Shown here one piece after another: positions 57,366 to 64,000 of a stretch of 64,000 nt of DNA. The stretch's first letter is position 1. Each line of letters begins with the position of its first letter. The stretch comes from a virus (lineage: Duplodnaviria; Heunggongvirae; Uroviricota; Caudoviricetes; Crassvirales). The translations under genes were made by a program, and so were the position numbers. The DNA is taken from IMG/VR virus record IMGVR_UViG_3300020047_007580; one strand, given 5' to 3'. The notes beneath the pieces are model-generated. The model had not been told where the DNA came from and searched no databases. It saw only the letters and a program-made list of their open reading frames with translations.

Positions 57366-59993
57366 TTATTTTGATTTTTCTTTATCTACTTGATCTTTTA
57401 ACTTTTTGTATCTACCTTTCCAGTCATAGTCAGCGCCCATTAATTCAGGGAATTTCTTATACAACTCTTCTTGACCAATTGAACCAAGATCTGAAGCTAC
57501 AGCTGTTTGTAATCTACTTTTTTCTGTATCATATGCTCCTTTATTTCTAGCTCTAATGTCTTGAGCCAAAGTTTGTTGTTGCAAATTTGTAGTATCTACG
57601 CCAAGATTAAACGATTGTTCTTGAAAATTTTCTCTAGCGTTAGCTTCTTGGCTTTTCATGAAAGCGTCGCTTAAAGCTTTTGTAGCGTTTAATTGAGTTC
57701 CAAGTAAATTAGCTCTAGCCGCACTTCCAGAACCTTCAGATGATGACAATATAGCCTCCCTGTTTCCTGCAGTTTCTTCTCTAATCAAATTAACTAACCC
57801 TTTTTCGTCTACTACATTTTTTTTATATCTAGTATTTAATTCTGGAGTAGTTTCTTGTTCTGGCTTTTTAAGTTTTGCTAACTGAATAACGTTTCCAAGG
57901 GCCGGAGCATATCTTAATGCGTCCTTGTTGTCAAGAATTGCGTCTTTAACTTTATTAAAAGTTGACTTAGGTTTTTTAGCTTCTTGCTCATTGTAATATT
58001 CTTCAAACTTATCCTGGACTCCTGTTACATCTGGAGATTCTTTTTTTATTAAACTCATTAAATCAGCGTCCATTTCTCTAGACACACTAGGCTTTATGAA
58101 TTTACCATCGTTTCCGTATCCTACAGTTTTTACTTTATCTACTTGTTTATTCTCCGGCTTGTGTATGTGTCCTATTTTACCTCCTTTGTGAAATTGGTTT
58201 AATTCTCCTCCCATATCAAATTTATTTGTGTCTAAATATTTATTATAAGCTTTTTCATTTTGAAGATCTCTTGCATCTTGTTCCATTAAATTAGCATAGT
58301 TTTTGTCTCCAGGATTATATTGCCTTCTATATTTTTGAGTGTTTCCTGCCGCCTTCATATCGTCAGCTAAGAAATCAAGACTATTCTTTTTGCCAACTGA
58401 CGGTCCGGATCTGAGTTTTTTATTATAATCCTCTACAGATTTTGGATTCTTTCTAATATATTCGTCTAATAGCTTTTTGTCAGATATTTGATAGTATTGA
58501 CCATGAAAGTCTTTTGTTGTTTTAACTCCTGGAGCTTTTAAATCTGCAAAATGTCTTAAAGGTTCTGATCCAACATATTTGTCTGTTCCTTTGTAATTGT
58601 TTGACATTGAAAGAAGGTCTATTGTAGACCCCATCTTCTTTACTTCTTTCCCATAATTCATTCCCTTGCCATACTGTCCGCCATAATTTGACTCTCTATT
58701 TATTGTAGCTCCAAGATCTCCTCTTTTAAGACCACTTCTTTTTTCAGCAGCTTCAACTGCATCAAGTAATGCAGTATCAATTTCAGCAAGTTTATTTCTA
58801 CCTCCTGTTAATTTTACATATTTTCCACTTGGCATTATTTGATTGTTTTTAGAAATTGAATCTAATTTAGCCATTCTGAAATCTTTATATTGCTTATCTA
58901 AAGCATCATAGTTCATAGCAGGAACAACTTTTTTATTAGGAACTCTTGATGAGGCCATTAATGTTTCTGCTACACTTTTTGGTTTTGGACCAAACGGACC
59001 GTCTTCTCCTCCAAAAGCAAATTGGTTGTCATTAACCGCGGCATCTGCATAGGTTGCGTTTCTGTTTGCTATAGCGGCGTCTTTTTGTTGTTTCTTTGCT
59101 CCAAAAAACCCCGCAGCTCCTCCAATTACTGCTCCAGCTGCCGCTCCCCAAGGACCTAATACCATTCCTGCCGAAGCTCCTTTAGCCGCTCCTGCAACAG
59201 CAGCATTTCCTGCTTTCTTTTTTTCTACATGTACTCTTCCTGAAGTATCTACACCTGTCGGACCTAAGGCCTCTTGTCCAAGTTCTATTGCTGTGACTCC
59301 CATTTGAGCATACCCTACAGCTCCTGGCTTTCCAATTCCAGATGTAGTTGATTCTGTTGAAGCAGGTTCTGTAGTGTCACTTCCTGCAAATTGAGTAGTA
59401 CCTTGTTGTGACTGATTGTCAGTTGGAGCTAATTGTGGGCCAGTTACTTGCCCAGGATTTGTTGTGAAATATGGATTGTTATTTTTATAATAATCTTCAT
59501 CTCCTCCTAAAGCCATTTGATTATCTTCATTTTCTTTACTAAAGCTACTTCCTGTGTTTGCTATTGACATTATAGAAGCTCCTATTGGCACATTATTTGC
59601 GCCAATTGTTGGGGCGAATCTTTGCTCTGCAGTTTCTGGCATTGCATGTATGTCTGGCTCTTCAGCCCCTCCAAAGGCAAATTGTTCTTGTTCTGGATCA
59701 TATTCTTGATCAGTTTCCTGTTCTTGTTGCTCGCCTTCCATTTGCATAGACTCTGGATCTTCCGCACGCATATCTCCATTTTGAGTAGTACTTTTGGCTT
59801 CCTCTTTTGCTTCATGTTGTTCTTTCACATGCTCTTGCATTTGCTTAAGCCTATCAAGCATTTCTTTTTCAGTATTTATTGATTCAGGATCAGTTCTTTC
59901 TTTGAATTTAGCTTGAATCTTTTTGCTAGCATCGGCGAAGCTAAGCCCATCAATGTAGTTAGGAAGATTGAATTGTTTTAACATTGCGTTCAT
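57366..59993 (-). CDS. virion protein (875 aa) with glycine-zipper hydrophobic segment
   Basis: aa ~261-299 AGNAAVAGAAKGASAGMVLGPWGAAAGAVIGGAAGFFGA (coordinates 59096-59213). Repeated QFAFGG(A/E)E motif. Acidic N-terminus. Confidence 0.6.
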   Translation of the reverse strand: MNAMLKQFNLPNYIDGLSFADASKKIQAKFKERTDPESINTEKEMLDRLKQMQEHVKEQHEAKEEAKSTTQNGDMRAEDPESMQMEGEQQEQETDQEYDPEQEQFAFGGAEEPDIHAMPETAEQRFAPTIGANNVPIGASIMSIANTGSSFSKENEDNQMALGGDEDYYKNNNPYFTTNPGQVTGPQLAPTDNQSQQGTTQFAGSDTTEPASTESTTSGIGKPGAVGYAQMGVTAIELGQEALGPTGVDTSGRVHVEKKKAGNAAVAGAAKGASAGMVLGPWGAAAGAVIGGAAGFFGAKKQQKDAAIANRNATYADAAVNDNQFAFGGEDGPFGPKPKSVAETLMASSRVPNKKVVPAMNYDALDKQYKDFRMAKLDSISKNNQIMPSGKYVKLTGGRNKLAEIDTALLDAVEAAEKRSGLKRGDLGATINRESNYGGQYGKGMNYGKEVKKMGSTIDLLSMSNNYKGTDKYVGSEPLRHFADLKAPGVKTTKDFHGQYYQISDKKLLDEYIRKNPKSVEDYNKKLRSGPSVGKKNSLDFLADDMKAAGNTQKYRRQYNPGDKNYANLMEQDARDLQNEKAYNKYLDTNKFDMGGELNQFHKGGKIGHIHKPENKQVDKVKTVGYGNDGKFIKPSVSREMDADLMSLIKKESPDVTGVQDKFEEYYNEQEAKKPKSTFNKVKDAILDNKDALRYAPALGNVIQLAKLKKPEQETTPELNTRYKKNVVDEKGLVNLIREETAGNREAILSSSEGSGSAARANLLGTQLNATKALSDAFMKSQEANARENFQEQSFNLGVDTTNLQQQTLAQDIRARNKGAYDTEKSRLQTAVASDLGSIGQEELYKKFPELMGADYDWKGRYKKLKDQVDKEKSK

Positions 59994-59996
59994 ATC

Positions 59997-60494
59997 TTAT
60001 TTTTTATTTTTTTTTGTTTTTAATATTTCTTCTCTAGAAGCAGCAAGGTCTTTTCCGGTTAACAAATCCAATCCTGCATCAATTTTAGGAAGTTTTCCTA
60101 ATGAATATTCTATAAAATCAACTACGTTTTTATTTCTTGTAAGTCTAGAAGTTCCTGATTTAATCGCCGGAGCAGCTCCTTTGGCAGGATTAAATGTTCC
60201 AACTGTATTTAAAATTGCGCCCATCATGTCTCCTTTTCCTAAACTTTCCATTGCATCTACGCCAGATTTAAACCTTCTTGCGGGATTAACAACTCCTACT
60301 ACTTCATCATAAGCATTTGTATTTTCTGCTTTTTGAAAATTATTAGGAAGATCTTCTCCTCTTGCTTTGTATCCAAATGCAGTAAAAGGATGGGTTAAAG
60401 TTCCCATTGCTTTATCTATCCAATCTACTTCTTTATACTGTTTTATTTGCCCTTGATCTCTTAATTTTGATTTAGGCTTCTTTGGTTGTTCCAT
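59997..60494 (-). CDS. virion-module protein (165 aa)
   Basis: ORF 3 nt downstream of the 422-aa gene. Confidence 0.5.
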   Translation of the reverse strand: MEQPKKPKSKLRDQGQIKQYKEVDWIDKAMGTLTHPFTAFGYKARGEDLPNNFQKAENTNAYDEVVGVVNPARRFKSGVDAMESLGKGDMMGAILNTVGTFNPAKGAAPAIKSGTSRLTRNKNVVDFIEYSLGKLPKIDAGLDLLTGKDLAASREEILKTKKNKK

Positions 60495-60503
60495 TTAGTT
60501 ATT

Positions 60504-61772
60504 TTAAGTAACGTTATAGTTTTCTTTATTGTCGTTTAAAGCTATATTATTCATCAACCAAATCAAATCTTTTTCTGAATAGTTTCTAAGTAATCTATCT
60601 TTAATGAAATTACTTTTTAACTTTTTCAAGTGTTGTTTAGTAAATTCTTCTTTTCTAGCGTCGTAAATTCCTTCTTCATTTAATAAAAATCTCAACGCAT
60701 TCAAGTCAGCTTTATTTTCTTCAGGCTTTAAGTTATGAGAAGCTGGGTTTTTCATCACTCTTTGTTTTATTTTAGGTAATTCAGATGGCAGCGTAACATC
60801 ATCTGGGTCGTTATATACCTTTTGCCTATCAAACAATGAATCAAAGTCTTTTTTGTTTAATCCAACTCCTGATAATTCAGAATGAGCGTACTCATGAGCT
60901 TTAGTTCCTTCTTTAGATAAAAAAACTTTTCTTTTTCTATCTTCTTTCTGGTCTATAACTAATGTATTTTCTTTAGGATGGTATTGGCTTCCTGTATAAG
61001 AATATGGAGTTGATGTAATTTTATTAAAGATTTGTTTCATTAACCCCGGAGGCCCATCTTGTTCAACAACATTTGAATCCTCAACTCTTTCTGACCTATA
61101 TTTAATCACTTCATCAGGCATTGGATATCCAGAGCGTTTCAATTTCTCTTTATATTTTGGAGAATTTATATACTCTTCAGTAAACTCTCTTGATCCTTGT
61201 TTACTTTTTTTTTTAAATTCTTCTCCTGTAATAGTAGATTCATTTCTAGCATTTTTAGCATCTTGAAATAATCCGGTTGTGTCTATTCTATTACTGAATA
61301 TGTACCCACCTTCGTCAAAGTTATATCTAGTCTCTCCTTCCTCTACTGAATTTCTTTTTCCATTTGGTCCAATTCCCAAAGGAATTCCTCCGAGAGAATT
61401 TTGTTCGTGAGTTCCACCTCCTTTAAATTCTGTAAGCCTATTTTCATTGTTTGACGTTGAATCTTCTCCTCCGTATGAAAGATGATTTTCTTGTTCTGAA
61501 TTAATCATTCCTTCTTTTTCAATAAGAGAGTCGTTACTTAGTTGACTTGTATTGATCTCTTCATCGAAGTCATAATCATCTCTCCATGTCTTTCCGTCAA
61601 GTCTTTCTCCTTCAAGTTCTTCTTGAAGTTGTTTGTTATAAGCGTATTCTCTTTTACTAACCTCCTCTAATTCAGGATGCTTGTCTCTTAAGTCCCTATA
61701 CAAAAAATCCCGGGGTTGAATTTCTTCTGCCCCAGGTTTATTTATTTCAGGATTATCTAAATAATTTATCAT
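60504..61772 (-). CDS. virion-module protein (422 aa) containing HEYAH motif
   Basis: HEYAH at 60881-60895. Gly-rich segments. Confidence 0.55.
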   Translation of the reverse strand: MINYLDNPEINKPGAEEIQPRDFLYRDLRDKHPELEEVSKREYAYNKQLQEELEGERLDGKTWRDDYDFDEEINTSQLSNDSLIEKEGMINSEQENHLSYGGEDSTSNNENRLTEFKGGGTHEQNSLGGIPLGIGPNGKRNSVEEGETRYNFDEGGYIFSNRIDTTGLFQDAKNARNESTITGEEFKKKSKQGSREFTEEYINSPKYKEKLKRSGYPMPDEVIKYRSERVEDSNVVEQDGPPGLMKQIFNKITSTPYSYTGSQYHPKENTLVIDQKEDRKRKVFLSKEGTKAHEYAHSELSGVGLNKKDFDSLFDRQKVYNDPDDVTLPSELPKIKQRVMKNPASHNLKPEENKADLNALRFLLNEEGIYDARKEEFTKQHLKKLKSNFIKDRLLRNYSEKDLIWLMNNIALNDNKENYNVT

Positions 61773-61841
61773 CTCTATATTTTTTATAATACAAATGTAT
61801 TAAGTTTTATTGATAATCTTGCTATTAACTATAACAACAAA

Positions 61842-63956
61842 TTAGTATTCTGTATAAGAAAGCGTTACGTCATGAGCTATCATTTTTTTTCCATTATTAT
61901 TGTTTAATGTTAATTTTATGTAACTCCATGGATTTCTTATCCTATCTCTAGTTTTTAAAGAACCATTCATTGACCTAGGGAACGTTATATTCCAACTTCT
62001 AAATCGCCTCTTAAGATTTGATCTTAAAACTAAATTAACGTCTCCAGTGTCTTGATATTCATTCCAAATTCTTATAGAAGAGAAAGTGTTGTTTGGCAAA
62101 TCTATTCCATTAGCATCAGTCATTTCCATTTTATATTCTGCATTATTAAAGACTACGTCTTTATCTACACCTGGAGCAGCAAGAAAAGTTATTGACGAAT
62201 CATAATTTGCTCCATAAAATTGATTTCTTAATCCACTAAAATGTTGCCATCCTGCGTTTCTACCAGGATTGGTAGTTATCATTCTTTGACCTTTATTTAT
62301 ATATATCGCAGGCTTGTAATCGTAAAAACTTGTAAATGCTTTTTTACTTTCATTATAAGCTATTGTATATGAAGATGAAGATTGTAAGAAGGTCATGTAT
62401 ATTTCATTGTCAATATTATTATATCCAACAGAAACACCTCTTCCAATTAGAGGATTATCTTGCGAAAGATCTTCTAATTTTGTATTGTTTGTCATAAAAC
62501 TGTGCAATCCAGCTGCCTCAGACAAACTAAACACTCCTTGTCCCACTTGGCCTATTGACCTATTTATGACATCGTAATAGTAAATTCCATTAGAAGTAGG
62601 AACTACAGACCATTTATTTTTTGTTCCAGATTCAGTTGAAAGATATGTATGGTTATTTAATACAGATCCTGTTCCTATTTGTATAGACAATCCATCGCTT
62701 GCGGTAGTTTGAACTCTTGGTTCAATCGAAACCTTTGCGATAGCTGTATCTTGAAATGTAAATATTTCATCTTCCAATTTAGCAACTCCATTTATTGGCC
62801 CATATCTTCCATCAAGAGTTCTAGTTTCATTTTCTAAAAAATTCGTCCAGTTGTCTATAAATTCTCCAGCAATCTTTTTACTTGAAGAAATTATTTTTGT
62901 ATCAAATTCATTTACAGCTTTAAATTTAAATCCAGTGCCAGTAGTTTGAACTAATGTAGGTTCTTGGGAATAAACTCTATTGTAATTATGATATTCAATT
63001 TCTTTTGGTTGATATCTATTATCCCAATCATTTACCGATATATCATTTCTTTGTTTAAGATTTACAGTAGTTTCTACCGGTATTGATATAATTTCTGTAA
63101 CTTGAAGATAATCTTGATTCGACAACTCTGTATTGGTCTTTGTCATTTTTGCAAAATTAAAATCTCCAACAAACGTATCTCCAGGAGAATCTATCACCGT
63201 AATATTGTCTTCTATTTTTGAATAAGGACCTATTCCCATATAAGTACTTCTTGACTTGGCTTCCATGCTATTGCCTCCGTATATACCTCCAAGATAAGCG
63301 TGGTTTGTATCGTGAGTAAAGTCAACTAACATTCCTGAATTAGAACCAGTTCCTAATTGATAAACTGGACCTAGTTGACCTGCTCCTCCTGTAACTTCAT
63401 GAAATTTAGCATCTGTAAATATTTTCTCTAAAGATCTTCTAGATGTTATTGGAGTTGAAGATGCATTATCTCCTTCCATTATTGTCACGCATTTTGCACC
63501 AAAAGTATTTGTTCCTAGCACCTGACAATCTGCATTGTTATTAGTAGCATCTTCATTCCAATTATCTATAAGCATTGCTCTCAGAGAATTTGCATATCTA
63601 AATAAAGAATTCCCATTATATGCTTTTGATTCTTGACCTATAGATGTTAATTCTGGAGTACCATAAATGTCTGCAGTTTTTACACCGCTGGTAGGAACAG
63701 GAATAAATCCATTTTTAAACTCTCTAAAAAACTGAAATACTCCAGTTGCGTGATCAGAGTTAGTTGGTCCAAATATACTATGATCCGCTAATCCTCCGGC
63801 GCTTCCTGATATTGTAACTACAGTTACTGCTGGAGAAGAAGAAGTAAATCCATTTGTAAATTTCGCTTCAGTTTCATTTATTTTAGACACAGGATTATAT
63901 TCAGACATCCAGTTATTTTTTCTACTTTCTTGTTGTATTCCTACAATCCTAAGCAT
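61842..63956 (-). CDS. virion structural protein (704 aa), Gly/Asn/Thr/Ser-rich beta-type
   Basis: Long ORF. Composition typical of tail or baseplate proteins. The upstream end is near the window edge. Confidence 0.55.
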   Translation of the reverse strand: MLRIVGIQQESRKNNWMSEYNPVSKINETEAKFTNGFTSSSPAVTVVTISGSAGGLADHSIFGPTNSDHATGVFQFFREFKNGFIPVPTSGVKTADIYGTPELTSIGQESKAYNGNSLFRYANSLRAMLIDNWNEDATNNNADCQVLGTNTFGAKCVTIMEGDNASSTPITSRRSLEKIFTDAKFHEVTGGAGQLGPVYQLGTGSNSGMLVDFTHDTNHAYLGGIYGGNSMEAKSRSTYMGIGPYSKIEDNITVIDSPGDTFVGDFNFAKMTKTNTELSNQDYLQVTEIISIPVETTVNLKQRNDISVNDWDNRYQPKEIEYHNYNRVYSQEPTLVQTTGTGFKFKAVNEFDTKIISSSKKIAGEFIDNWTNFLENETRTLDGRYGPINGVAKLEDEIFTFQDTAIAKVSIEPRVQTTASDGLSIQIGTGSVLNNHTYLSTESGTKNKWSVVPTSNGIYYYDVINRSIGQVGQGVFSLSEAAGLHSFMTNNTKLEDLSQDNPLIGRGVSVGYNNIDNEIYMTFLQSSSSYTIAYNESKKAFTSFYDYKPAIYINKGQRMITTNPGRNAGWQHFSGLRNQFYGANYDSSITFLAAPGVDKDVVFNNAEYKMEMTDANGIDLPNNTFSSIRIWNEYQDTGDVNLVLRSNLKRRFRSWNITFPRSMNGSLKTRDRIRNPWSYIKLTLNNNNGKKMIAHDVTLSYTEY

Positions 63957-64000
63957 TGTTGATGCATTAAATACAGGGTCGCCAAATGTTACCTCAGGAG

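Noticed and set aside
40167-62577. Eleven plus-strand ORFs of 60-122 aa embedded in the giant minus-strand virion genes (for example 40167, 45490, 47450, 48417, 48689, 50486, 54478, 56962, 59622, 59968, 62395)
   Set aside because: Each lies fully inside a long uninterrupted minus-strand ORF, with low-complexity translation. Shadow ORFs.
1-64000. Search for CRISPR arrays, integrase/att sites, reverse transcriptase (retron/DGR), transposases
   Set aside because: None seen. No regularly spaced direct repeats, no tyrosine/serine recombinase motifs and no RT motifs (YxDD) in any ORF of plausible size.

Overview
This window is an AT-rich stretch of double-stranded DNA phage genome with no ribosomal or cellular housekeeping genes. 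The gene content, and especially a ~2,170-aa virion protein carrying a D-F-D-I-D metal-binding motif, suggest a crAss-like (Crassvirales-type) phage of a Bacteroidota/Flavobacteriia host. From memory it resembles the single-chain virion RNA polymerase described for Cellulophaga phage phi14:2; this is unverified. Positions 1-38,700 are almost entirely plus-strand early and middle genes. They include an SF2 (DEAH) helicase, an SF4 DnaB/gp4-like helicase, a Toprim primase-like protein, ThyX, a metallophosphoesterase, an AAA_24/Sak4-like ATPase, a RusA-like resolvase, a RecB/Cas4-family PD-(D/E)XK nuclease, an ATP-dependent DNA ligase and a MoxR-like AAA+ ATPase paired with a VWA protein. This arm also holds many small ORFs, including three paralogous families, and an RNA island with a tmRNA, one canonical tRNA-Cys and several tRNA-like elements with abnormal anticodon arms. 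Convergent terminators sit at 38.70-38.78 kb. Positions 38,841-64,000 are a minus-strand virion module with three adjacent giant proteins (1384, 2168 and 1801 aa) plus five further structural ORFs of 165-875 aa; the 704-aa ORF may extend beyond the window edge. The candidates most worth follow-up are the tRNA-like elements with 4-6-nt anticodon loops; the tmRNA whose tag ends in ...RMAA rather than ...ALAA; the membrane protein + SPFH lipoprotein cassette bracketed by ~180-bp direct repeats; the MoxR-VWA pair; the FtsK-gamma-like DNA-binding domain in the 1801-aa virion protein; and HEXXH motifs in virion proteins. Every call here rests on motif recognition by eye. No database searches were run.
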